Positions 40,474 to 52,700 of a stretch of 64,000 nucleotides of DNA are shown in pieces. The position numbers were made by a program, and so were the translations under genes. Source of the stretch: Chiloscyllium plagiosum (Eukaryota). Numbering within the stretch: the first letter of the stretch is position 1; the number at the start of each line of letters is the position of its first letter. The notes under the pieces were generated by a model. The model had not been told where the DNA came from. It saw nothing but the letters and a program-made list of their open reading frames with translations, and made no database searches. The stretch is from assembly GCF_004010195.1 (NCBI RefSeq), contig NC_057758.1, forward strand, positions 7,870,935 to 7,934,934, read 5' to 3'.

Positions 40474-42440
40474 GTCGAAAAGGGTGGTGCTGGAAAAGCA
40501 CAGTGGAGTGGCAGCATCGCAGGAGGAGGAGAGATGACGTTTAGAGCATCAGACCAACATCAGCAATGAGGGGGTGGGACAAGGGGCTTGAGGGATAAAT
40601 GGGATTTGCAGGGAAAGATAACTGAGAATACGATTTTTAGATTGAGGTTGGCAATGATGGGGATAGTTTGGAAAGGAGGGCGGAGCGGAGAGGTATAGAA
40701 AAATGGAGAGTTAGGACAGTTCATGAGGGCGGAGCTGATTTTGAAGGTTGGCTGTGGAATAGGGTGGGGAGTGGGGTGGGAGGGAGCTAAAGAACTTGGT
40801 GAAATGTACATTGATCCGGTGCAATGGAGGATCCCATGGGCGGAAGATAATGTCTTCTTCCTCCAGGCGTCGCGAGACGAGAGTCTGGAAGTGGAGGAGA
40901 TCCAGGACTCGCATGTTCTTGACTGTTAAGAGGGGGAGGTAAAGTGTTCTGCCACAGGGCAGTGGGATTATTTACTCCATGTTTCCGATAGATGATCTCA
41001 GAAACGTTCCACAAGTAGCCTTCCAGTCACCCCAATTTCGAGGAGATCACACGAAAAGAAATGACAACAGTAGATGTCGTGTGCAGAAGCAAAGCTAAAT
41101 CTCTGTGCAAATGCGAAAGGATCGTTTTGGAACATGGACGGAGGTGAGTTTGAGGTGTGTGTGCAAATTCTGCTCATTCAGTGATGTTAACGAAAGGTGC
41201 CAGGAGTGGATAATGTGGTGGTGGAGGCCGTGGCCCTAACGAGGGAGTCACAGTGGTTGCTGCGAAATGCAGATAGCAGTGGAAAGAGAAATATATCCCA
41301 GGTGGCGGACATGACTGAGGGTGTTAAGTTGTACCTAGAGATTGGTGTGGTGCAAGTTGAGGAGCGGGGAATTCTGACCTTGTTGCAATTGAAGGGGTAG
41401 GGTTTAAGGGAAGAGCTGAGCGAAATGGAGAAGATGCACTGGAGAGTGTTTTCGACTCGGGGGAGAGGAATTTGCAGACCTTGAAGAAGGAGGCCATCTG
41501 GGAATTTCTTTGGTTGATTAGATGCGGCAGATAAATTGTACGGAACGGATCGAGCTTTCACAGATGCCAAGGTGGGAGGAGGTGCTGTGCAGGTAGCTGT
41601 GGGAGCCAGTGGGATTCAATTCGATATCAGTGTTGGGTCTGTCACCGGAATAGAAGACGGAGAGGAAGTGGAGGGAGGTGCCCGAGATGGTCTCAGTGTA
41701 TTTGAGGTCAGGGTAGAAGGTATTGGTGAGGCTAATAAATTGTTCATGCTGCTCGCGGGAGCGGGAGATGTCGCCGATACATTCTTGATGAAGCGGTGAA
41801 AATGGTGGAGATTGGGACCCATGCAGGTGGCCAGGATTGACCCTTTTCACTGCAGGAAGTGGGATGATAGGAAGAAGGTTTTGTTGAGGGTGAGGTCCAG
41901 TTCAGCAAATCGGATGAACATGTCAGTGGAACTGTACCATTTGGGTCATCGGATGAGGACGAATTTGAGGCCATGCAGGCCTTAGTCATGGCAGAAGAAT
42001 ATGAAGGGGGTCTACATATGGTGAAGATGAGGCTTGGGAGCCAGATAAATGAAAGTCATGGGCGAAGTGGATGGATTGGGTGACAGCCCGAACATATGCG
42101 CGGAGAACCTAGACCAAGCTGGACAGGAGAGGGCCGAGGTATGGATTAGCACGTTCTTTGTGGAAGGAGATGTGTGAGACATTGGGTCAACCAGGGCAGT
42201 CAGGTTTGTGAATTTTAGGTCTTGGATCGAACCCGGCAATGCGATGTTGCCGGCTGAGGTTTGAGGCTGTGGATGGGAGATCCCCGAGGTGATGAGTTTG
42301 TGGGCGGTCTGGATGTTGATAGTTTGGTGTTGGAGAGTGAGCTCGTGGTTAAGTGGGCAGCAGGAAAATGCGTCCCTGAGTTGATGCCAGTCTTCAGAGT
42401 TGTGGAGATTAGTGCACCAACCTACCACTGTGCCCGCTTT
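40474..42440 (-). mobile_element. Penelope-like element (RT + GIY-YIG remnants)
   Basis: TNTFYPDLKYTETIS, PTGSHSYLHSTSSH; terminal repeat with decayed hammerhead at 40530-40565. Confidence 0.8.
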
Positions 42441-42474
42441 GTCAACTGGTATGGTGGGTAGCGATAGACATCAT

Positions 42475-43794
42475 CATAGTTCCCAGCAGTGCCTGCCTCT
42501 TCCTCGAGTATGGGGAACAGTGCATCTTCGCAGCTGCACCGGCACCATTACCAAACATTTCCCCCGCTATATTGATGATTGTATCAGCGCCATCTCGTGC
42601 TCCAACGAGGTGTTTGAACAGTACATACATTTTAATAAGACTTTACACCCTGACCACAAATTCACCTGGACCATTTCGCTCACCTCCCTCTCTTTCCTGT
42701 ACCTCTCTATTTCCGTTTCTAGCGCCAGACTCAACACAGAAAGTAATTTCCCGGCTCACTTAGTCGACGACAGCCTTCAGCACATCACTTTTTCTGCACA
42801 TATGCCCTTGAAGTGCACCCACCCAATCACAGGAAGCACAGACCCCCTCCCCACCCCGCCACCCCCAGCTCCTCACCTGCTTCCCCACCAACCAGCAGAT
42901 ACAACGCATCATCCTCGGCTATTTATACCATCTAGAAACAGACCATGCCAGCAGAGGTATATTTCCCGTCCACCCCTCCCTGCGTTCCGCAGAGACCATT
43001 CGCTCCGGACTCCCTTGTTAGGTCCACAGCTCACAGCAACCCACAATCCACTCCCAGCATCATCCCTTGCCAACGTACGACATAAAAAACCTCCGCCGAC
43101 ACCTCTATACTCACCACTGTCCAAGTCCACAAAGGATCCTTCCACAACCGAAAGCAATTTAACTTCACTTCCACACACGCCTTCTACTGTTTTTGTTGCT
43201 CTCACTGTGCACTCCTCCAATTAAAGGAGCCAGGACATTTACTTGCAGAACGTTTCGGAGATCATCTCCGAGACACATGCACAAAGTCCCCATCGCCCTG
43301 TGGCCAAATACTTTAACTCGCCTTCCCAATCCGCCAAATGCATGCACATCCTGAGCCGTTTCCACATCCAACATCTAGCCACCCAACAACTGGATGAATA
43401 ATGCCGCATCTTCCGCCTTTGGTCTTTGCAAACACATGGGATCAATGCAGGTTTCTCCAGTTTCTTCATTCGACAGCACCCCTCTTGTTCCAACTTATTC
43501 CAGAGCCAACATTCCCACTCGACACCACCCTCTCTCTGGAACTGTCCAAACTGTCCACTTTCCTTCCTACAAATCCCTTCCACCCTCCTTTTCGACAAAT
43601 CAAATTAATACCTCATCTCCATCTACCTATCGCATTCTCGGCTATCTCCCCCACAGTCCAACACCTCCCATTGATCTCTCACCCAATTGGCCTATCCCCT
43701 GATTGCTGTTGAAAGCTTATGCTCGAAATGTCGAGTCGACGGCTCATTGGATGCTCCCTGACAGGCTGTGCATTTCCAACACGACATTTTCGTC
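42475..43794 (+). mobile_element. Penelope-like element (RT + GIY-YIG remnants), inverted relative to 40474-42440
   Basis: FPRYIDDCI, HPDHKFTWTIS, PPLPAFRRDHSLR, LAERFGDHL; terminal repeat mirrors 40474-40503. Confidence 0.85.
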
Positions 43795-43997
43795 ACTTTC
43801 TCCAATAACGTTATTTTTACTAATTACCTAAATCAGAGTGCAGAATGCGAATTTGGAAGGTATTCGTTGATTTTTCTGTAATGTGCTTTCTTAATGGGAA
43901 ACACAATGCAACAATGATGGATGGAATGAAGGTTGATGATTGCAGTTTCTTCCCTCATCAAACCTTAAGTCTTATATCAAAGTTTCCATTTCCACAG

Positions 43998-44923
43998 TTA
44001 ATATAGTGACGATTGTAATCCTGTTCCGTGGGAAGTGTGGACTCTCCAGTTGTGTCACTCTCTATCTGATGGCCATGGCAATGGCAGATTTACTGGTGGT
44101 CATCCTTGACCTGATATTAAGACATATTCCGATTGTTTATTCAGACGTCTTTGTTTTCTTGGAGGATATAGATGTATGCAACATTCATGCTGTCCTGCTT
44201 TATGCAGCATCCGATTGCTCAGTCTGGTTCACCGTCACATTCACCTTCGACCGCTTGGTGGCCATTCGTTGCCAGAAGTTGAAAACTAAATATTGTAGCG
44301 AGAAAACAGCGGCGGTTGTGCTCGGAACAGTGACTGTACTCAGCTTCTTAAATAATATCAGCTGGTATTTTATGTATAACGGTAATTATCGTTTATCTAA
44401 TCATCCTATGTTTTGTGTTATGGAATTGAGTGATGATAATTTGGAGTTATGGGCCATAATTGAAAATGTTCACTACATTCTCACACCCTGTCTCCCATTC
44501 TTCTTGATTCTGCTACTCAACATTTTCACTGTCAGACATATTGTAGTGAGCAGCAGAGCCCGCAGGAGACTCCGGGGGTACAGCAATGGGGAGGGTCCTA
44601 GAGACGTGGAGATGGAGAACCGAAGAAAGTCAATTGTTCTTATGTTTCTGATTTCTGGCAACTTCATCCTGCTGTGGGCAGTGTTTGCCGTGAATGCAAT
44701 GCTTGAACGAATGGATAATCTGGGCTATTTGATTTATGTGGCCGAATATGTCCTAGAATTAGGATTTATTCTCCAGCTCCTGAGTTGCTGCACAAACACT
44801 GGAATCTACATCGTGACTCAGAATAGGTTCAGAGGACAATTCAAGAATTTGGTGATATATCCCTTCAGTCTGATTACTCATTTAATCAAACGGCAAGTTA
44901 ACTCCTGCTCTTGGTTCCAATGA
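43998..44923 (+). CDS. GPR139/GPR142-like class A GPCR, coding exon 2 (spliced protein 356 aa, 7TM)
   Basis: Acceptor tttccacag|tt; open frame NIVTIVILFRGKCGLS, AMAMADLLV, CNIH, SVWFTVTFTFDRLVAI, PMFC, LTPCLPF, ENRRKSIVL, FILLW, LSCCTNTGIY, RFRGQF to TGA; 145+926=1071 nt. Confidence 0.93.
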
Positions 44924-45918
44924 CACACCCTGCTTCACAACGACGATTTAGACTAATTGACATACGGTATTCCAAATGAAATCCGACTAGAGCCTTGCAC
45001 AGCATTAGCATTTATCCATGGATTTTCATTCTAGCACTGTCAAAATGAATGTCTTCCTTGCCTCCAAGTGAACCTGCAAACCAAACTATAGAAACCCCGA
45101 AACAGGACTCACAACTCTCTCATGGGTTCAAAATTCCGAATTCCTCCCTAATTAAGAAAACAATCTATGCCCCTTCTCCTTGCAATCATATTTCATCTCG
45201 TTCTATTTTATTTCCACATTGTATTACATTTTAACATTATAGTTGGCTGTCTTGTTGGGAAAGCTTGGAGAATAATATGGCTATTCGATGTTGATTGACA
45301 CAACTATTAAAATAGATATGGATAAAAATCTGTTGTGGTTTTTAGACAATCATTTGACATAAATATTAAAATATTGTCTTCAGCCACTTCCTTTCCGACC
45401 AACTTGCCCTCCTAGCGAACCCTTCCCAATTTAAAGTATAGTTTACACATCTAAACATCTTCTGAACATTCGTAACCTCACATTTATGTCCTTGTTTTCG
45501 ACCAGTTATTTCATTCTCCACTCTCTTCGTCTGCCCGAGTCCTTCAGTATCCTCCCCATCTTGTTACCAGTCCCACCAGACCGCAAACTATATGATTGAA
45601 CTCTTAGAACTTTTCCAAAATTTTGTTCCCCTCAGTCTACACTCTCGTCGTCTCTTGGCAAAAATGCACAGTTCAAAGGCAATTTCCTTTACTTCATATC
45701 CCTTAAATCTTGGCGTGAAGCAAAAATCATTCATGCAGACTTAAAATTAATAATTGACGCAGCAACCTCTGCCATTTGTGCAAATGTTCCAAATAGTTCG
45801 CACCCTTTGCGTGAAACAGCTCTTTCGAAATCTCACTTGAACAGTCACGTCCTAAATCGCAGAACATGCCCCCAGTTCTGGAGCCCCCAATGTGTGGATC
45901 GACCATCTCTTTAAATAA

Positions 45919-46591
45919 ATTAGAGTGTGCTGGAGAAGCACAGCAGGTCAGGCAGCATCCGAGGAGCAGGAAAATCGAAGTTTCCGGCAAAATCCCTTAA
46001 ACAGGAATAGATGCAGGCTGTCTGCAGAGTGGAGAGGTCAATGTGAGGAGGTGGGGGTAGGTAGAATGTAGCATAGAGTACAATCGGTGAATTCGGTCAG
46101 AGAGGAGGGTGATAGGTCAGAGAGGAGGTTGGGGGAAGGTAGCAAAGAGTACAATGGGGGAATGGAGTGGGGATGAAGGTGATAGGTCACAGAGGAGGGT
46201 GGGGTGGATAGGTGGAAAGGAAGATTCTTCATGTCACCCCAGTTCCAAACCTCCAGCTCAGCACTGCCCCATGATCTGTCCTACCTGCCGATCTTCCTTT
46301 CCACCTATCCACTCTACCACCTCTCCGACGTATCACCTTCATCCCCACCCCAGTCATGCATTCTTTGCGAAAGTCCCCAACCATCTTCTCTGAACTATCA
46401 CCTCCATCCCCACCCCCATTCACCTATTGTACTGTATGCGACTTCCTCCACGCCCCACCCCCTCACATTTGTCTTTTCATTCTGCAGGCACCCTTCTTCT
46501 ATTCCTCATGAAGGGCTTTTGCTCGATACGTCGATTTTCCTGCTCCTCGAATGCTGCCTGACCTGCTCTGCTTTTGCAGCACCACTCTAAT
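45919..46591. mobile_element. Large fold-back element built from two inverted Penelope terminal repeats
   Basis: ATTAGAGTG..CACTCTAAT termini with ~300-nt imperfect arms; each arm has a decayed hammerhead (ctgttta..ggaaac on minus; ctcatga-a-gggc-tttt-gctc-gatacgtc on plus). Confidence 0.8.
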
Positions 46592-46599
46592 CAATATAA

Positions 46600-49505
46600 G
46601 AATTAAAAAGGGACGTTAACAGAGGAGATATTTTGAGATGTGTTGGAAATCACATGACTACTACCATTAGAGCACTTTACCTGAATTCGTAATCAGGTCA
46701 ATGAATTAACAGCACAACTCATTTCGAATGAATACATTTTACTAGACATTACGGAGACATGGTTCCAGGATGGACATGACTGAGAGTTAATTCTCCAGCG
46801 TTTCAGAGTATTTGGAAGGACCGACAGGAAGGTAAAGGAAGTGGTGTAGCTCTGATATTCAGGGAAAACATCAGAATACGTTTGAATTCATTTGGGTGGC
46901 AATGAGAAATTCGAAGACAAAAAAACTCACTGATATGCATAGTCAAAAGGACACAAAATAATGACATCACACGGGAGTGGGCAAAAAAAGAGAAAAAAAT
47001 ACTAATGCCTGCAAAATGACACGGCAACTATCACGGGGGATTTTAATCTCATTTGATTGTTTGAACCAGCTCAGTCTGGGCCGCTTTGTGGACGGGTTAT
47101 GTTGAGTGCATCCGATATAGTACCTTTGAGAAGAATGCAATGAAACCGAAGAAGGAGCAAACAATCCTTGTGCATGCCCTGTGTAATGAGACAGGAATAG
47201 CTAATGACCCCATTCCTCTTGGAAAGAGCAAACACAGTATCGTTGAATTCAGAACACAGATGGACATATGAAGGTAAAAGCCAAAAGCAGAGTTCTGTGC
47301 TTAAAGAACAGAGATTACAATAGACTGAGGGGGAACTGGGCTAAAGTAGATTGGAAACAAATATGTTATGGTGGGACAGTTGACTTGCAGTGGAAGACTT
47401 TTAATGCAATTCTCCAATGATTTTAGGAAAAGTATATTCAGTGAAAATGAAGGACTGAAAGAAAATGGATAATCTTTCACGGGTGTTTTTCGAAAAAAAA
47501 GTAATCTACCCAATTGGAATAGAAGGCATACAAATTAGTCAAGAATAGCAGGAAAATAAAATATTTGGAAAAATAAATTAAAGGTCACCAGAAACTCACA
47601 AGCATCGTTATAAAGAAAAGGATCACAGAACACGAGAGAAAAATGACGAGCACAAGCAAGAAAGGTGGAAAGCAAAAATGTCTGTAAAATATAAAACAAA
47701 AAAAGTTACTAAAATAAACGTTGATCCTTGGGAGGAGGATGAGAAGGGGCATTTCGTTAGAAGATAGGATGACTTGACTCAGGCATGGAATATGTATTTT
47801 TCATCGATCATCACAGTGTCTAACATTAATAACATGCCAGTAATTCACAAAGTGATGAAGGTAGATGATTACATGGAAACAATCATTATTCGTGTACAGT
47901 TTGACCTGCCAAAGGAGCTCAGGTAGAGAGGTCTCGTGGCCCTGGTGGAATGCATCCCTGAGCAGTAAAAGGGATGGCCGGGAGAAACAGAAGGTGCACT
48001 TGTACAATTTTCCAAAATTCGCTGGACACTGGGGCAGATTCAGTAGATTGGAAAAGTGCATGTGTGACACCACTGTTTAAAAAGGAAATTAGAAAAAAGA
48101 TGTATTAGGCAATCGAACGGTTAGCTTCGTCTTTGTCATGGGAAGATGATTCAGTCTATTATACAGGAAGAAATAGCAGGCATTTTGATCGAAATTCTCC
48201 ACTTGAGCGGACGCAGCATGTATACATGAAACATAGGTCATAGTTAACAAGTCTTTGGAATTCTATGAAGACATGCTGAGCAAGGTGGATAGCCGTGATC
48301 CTGTGGATCTGGTGTAGCTAGATTTCCAAAAGACTAGGACAACGTGCCACACAACGGCTGCTGCATAACATAAAGATGCATGGTGTTACGGGTTAATTAT
48401 TAGAAAGGTTGGAGAACTGGTTGACTAACAGGAAACAAAGAGCGGTGATAAATGATTGACAAACTAGTTGGCAATATGTAACTTGTGGTGTGCCTCAGCC
48501 AGTAATGTTGGGACTGAAATTATTTACAACTTATATGGATGATTTGGAGTTGGGGACTACTTTGAGTGTGTCAAGTTTGTAGGTGGAACTGAAATGAGTG
48601 ACAGATCAAAGTGCACAGAGAACTTTGAAACCTTGCAGAGGAACATAGATGCTTTAAGTGAATGACCAAAGCCGTGGCAGGTGGCATACAATGTCAATAA
48701 ACGGGAAGTCCTTCACTTTGTTAAGAGTAACAGTCATAAAAGATGATTGTTTAAATTGAAAAATGTTGCAGCACGATGTGTGCAGAGGGGCCCGGATGTA
48801 CTTTTACATGAATCACAGAGCCGTTGGTCTGCAGGCAGAAGAGGGAATTAGGAAGGTAAATGAAATTTTGCCTTTCATTGCTGAAGCGATTGTGTTTTAA
48901 AGCAGGGACTTCTTGTTGCATCTGTAAAAGGCGTCGATAAGGGCACAACTGGAATACTGCTTGCAGTTTCGGTTTCCATACATGAGAAAGGATGTACAAT
49001 CACTAGAGGGGCTGCAGTGGAGGTACACTAGGTTATTTGTGGAGGTGAGGGTGGCCGGCTTATGTGACACACTGAGTAGACTGGCATTGTATTCATTCGA
49101 ATCTTGAAGAATGAGTCGTGAACTTACTCAAATAAATACAACTATGAAGGGAGCAGATCAGATCGAAGCAGAGAGGATGTTTCCAGAGGCAGTTGAAACG
49201 AGGACAGGAGGGAATAGAATTAAAATCTTGGGGAGCATAATTAGGACTTATTTGGAAAGGAACTTCATCATCCAGAGAGTTCTATATCTGTGAAAATCCT
49301 GGCGCAGTGAAGTATTGATGCCAGTTTTGTAAACTTTTTAAAAGATAAGACAGGTTTTTAAACAAAGAAGGAACTAAGGATGATGATGACAGTGCGGCTA
49401 AGTAGAGCTGAATCCACGAAAAGATCAGCAACAGTTTTATTGAATGGCAGAGCATGCTCCAAGCGCCAGATGGCCTACTTCTGCTCCTAGTTTTCATGTT
49501 ATTAG
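46600..49505 (+). mobile_element. Decayed CR1 ORF2 (endonuclease + RT) and 3' UTR
   Basis: DITETWFQ, GDFNL, LDFQK, CGVPQP, QLEYCLQF remnants. Confidence 0.85.
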
Positions 49506-49849
49506 ATTAGTTTCCCAACAGAGTGGAAACAGGCCCTTCGTCCCAAAAAGTCCACATCAACCCTCCAAAGAGTAACCCACACACACCCATTTCCCTCTGA
49601 CTAGTGCACCTAACACTGGGCAATGTNNNNNNNNNNNNNNNNNNNNNNNNNNNNNNNNNNNNNNNNNNCGTGTTTACATGTGCACAATATTCTGAAAGCA
49701 AAGTCAAGGAGGTGGAGTTCCTTTCATGATCAAGCATGAAATGACAGCTGCACTAAGAAAAGAAACTGGCATTAAGGATCAGAATATTGAATTATTTCAA
49801 GTGGAAATTAAAATCAAGGGAGGAACTTTAAACATGGACAGATTGAATA

Positions 49850-50545
49850 TTGAACTGGAAGGATGCCATTCAGCCTTTCCAGCCTGCTCAGTCATCCATC
49901 ACTATTATGACTGATGGTACAACTCAATATCCTCACCGTGATTTCTCCCCATAACGTTTGACAACAAGACGGCCTCAAGTGCTATACCCAGCCTCTTCTT
50001 GACCACATTTCATGCTTCCTGTGGTAATGATTTACACAGATTTACCCTGTATTTACGTCCTAAATTGTCCACCCGAATCCTCATACAGTGACCCCTGATT
50101 CTGGACGTCCCAACCATCAGGAACATCGTCTCTACATCTACACTGTCTATTCTTCTTAGACTGTTCTTAGTCTATATGAGATCCTCGCTCATTCATCCGA
50201 ACTCAACGAAAAAGAAACATAACTGATTAAATGTCTGCTCATACGTTAGTCCCACCATCCCCGGAATCACTCTGGTAAAACTTCACTTCACTCCCACGAG
50301 GGCAAGAACATCCATCCTCAAAAAAGCAGACAACCTTTCGATGTGACCACACCAAGGCCTTATATAACAGCCACAAAACATCCCTGTTCCTGCACTCGCA
50401 GTGAAGGCCAACATAATATTTGCCTTGTTTACCTTCTGTTGCACGGATGCACAAGAAGTCCAAAGTCCCACTGCACACTTGCTTCCTCCCAATTCGCAGC
50501 CATTCAGTTCTTAATCTGCCGTCTTGTTTTTGCATTCGAAGTGAA
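49850..50545 (-). mobile_element. CR1 3' fragment (an HE1-like SINE tail lies at ~49505-49626)
   Basis: KANIMLAF, LLYKALVWSH remnants. Confidence 0.75.
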
Positions 50546-51489
50546 NNNNNNNNNNNNNNNNNNNNNNNNNNNNNNNNNNNNNNNNNNNNNNNNNNNNNNN
50601 NNNNNNNNNNNNNNNNNNNNNNNNNNNNNNNNNNNNNNNNNNNNNNNNNNNNNNNNNNNNNNNNNNNNNNNNNNNNNNNNNNNNNNNNNNNNNNNNNNNN
50701 NNNNNNNNNNNNNNNNNNNNNNNNNNNNNNNNNNNNNNNNNNNNNNNNNNNNNNNNNNNNNNNNNNNNNNNNNNNNNNNNNNNNNNNNNNNNNNNNNNNN
50801 NNNNNNNNNNNNNNNNNNNNNNNNNNNNNNNNNNNNNNNNNNNNNNNNNNNNNNNNNNNNNNNNNNNNNNNNNNNNNNNNNNNNNNNNNNNNNNNNNNNN
50901 NNNNNNNNNNNNNNNNNNNNNNNNNNNNNNNNNNNNNNNNNNNNNNNNNNNNNNNNNNNNNNNNNNNNNNNNNNNNNNNNNNNNNNNNNNNNNNNNNNNN
51001 NNNNNNNNNNNNNNNNNNNNNNNNNNNNNNNNNNNNNNNNNNNNNGAGATTATCGCACTGTTGGAGTGAGGAAGGATAAATTAAGAGAGAAGGAGAGCTC
51101 TGCCTTAAACGAATAAACGAATCTGCCTTAGAATTATGAGATAGATTTGATCACCATGTGTTCAACATATTATTCCCAAAAGATAACCAGATGGTGGTGT
51201 TGAAAAAGTATGGTTTGGAGCTGAATGTCAAAATCTTTGCGAGCTCATGGGTGACTAACCTGTCCTGATGAAATTCAAAACCCCTGTTCACACAGTGTTT
51301 GGACGGATATTATCTAACCAGTGTGAATGCATGCATGGTCAACGATGTGAATCTTTCCAAAACCATTTCCTTGATATACACAAATGAATTAACATTTAAA
51401 CTGTCAAAGAGCATTTTTAATTCCTTGGTATGAACAACAGGAACAATGCTTCAGCTGTCGTTATTTGTGAATATGTTGGTCTATCTGTT

Positions 51490-52132
51490 GGGGTGGCACG
51501 TTCACTCAGGGCTTAGCACTGCTGTGGGCGGCACGGTGAAAACAGTGGGTAGCACTGCTGCCTCACAGCGCCAGAGACCCGGGTCCAATTCCCACCTAAG
51601 GCAGCTGTCTGTGTGTGGTTTTCACATTCTCCCCGTGTCTGCGTGGGTTTTCTCCGGGTGCTCCGGTTTCCTCCCACAGATCAAAAAATGTGCAGGTTAG
51701 GTGGATCATGCTAAATTGCTCGTAGTGTTAGGTGAAGGGGTGAATGTAGGGGAATGTGTCTGGGTGTGTTGCTCTTCATAGAACATAGAACATAGAAAAA
51801 TACAGCGCAGTACAGGCATTTTGGCCTTCGATGTTGCGCCGATCCAAGCCCACTTAACCTACACTAGCCCACTATCCTCCATATGCCTATCCAATGCCCG
51901 TTTAAATGCCCATAAAGGGGGAGAGTCCACCACTGCTACTGGCTAGACTGGCAGACTGTTAAACACAAGTTAGGTGTGTTACTGCTCAGTGTGAATGCTG
52001 TGTTTCCTATCAAAAATCATTTGATAATAGGGATCAAACAAACCCTCTTCGGAGGGTTGGTGTGGACGTGTTGGGCTGAAAGGCCTGTTTTGACACTGTA
52101 AGTAATCTCATCTAATCTAATTTAATCTAATC
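51490..52132 (+). mobile_element. HE1-like SINE (duplicated head) interrupted by a 267-nt insertion
   Basis: gggcggcacggtg..agcactgctgcctcacagcgccagagacccggg; gtgtctgcgtgggttt..ctccggtttcctcccacag; (aatct)n tail; insertion 51778-52044 flanked by ctcttc. Confidence 0.9.
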
Positions 52133-52700
52133 TGCAGCCTGGACGGCTGACTGAATGCCTTCACATGCTCGGTGCAGCTGAATGGTCTCGCCTCAGTGTG
52201 ACTCTTCCCAGTGGCGTCTCAGCAGGCAGGATGATTGAGTTAATCCCTTCCCATAAACAGGAGAGGTGAAGGGTTTCTCTCTAGTTGGAAATCGCTGATG
52301 TTTTAGCCGGTTCAATTACTGTGTAAATCCTTTCTTACACAGTGGTGTCTCCAAGAAAATTCTTTGGTATCTCAGCAGGTATGAAGACACAGTGAAACCC
52401 TTTCCACATTCAGAGAAAGTGAATAGTTTTCCCCAGTGTGAGCTCGAATGTGTCTCATCAGGAAAGTTGACTGTGTGAAGCCCTTCCTACATTCACATCA
52501 GCTGAATAGTTTCTCGCCACTACCAAGCGATGTAAGTGCTTGCAGGTGTGTTGACTGAGCTAAACCGTTTTCACACCAACGGCAGGTGACCAACTACTCC
52601 CAGTGGGATTTCCCGCTGGGCTGGGTAAGAATTTCCTTCCAGCAATCCACATTTTTGCCAGGGTCCCGTCCTAGTGTGACTGTGCTGGTGTTTTGACATT
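52133..52700 (-). pseudogene. C2H2 (Kruppel-type) zinc-finger array pseudogene
   Basis: [67 protein letters not shown]; 84-nt periodicity with stops and frameshifts. Confidence 0.8.

Noticed and set aside
43940..43997. N-terminal MQFLPSSNLKSYIKVSIST of the 327-aa ORF
   Set aside because: TTG start inside intron and acceptor sequence; the real N-terminus comes from exon 1 at 39660
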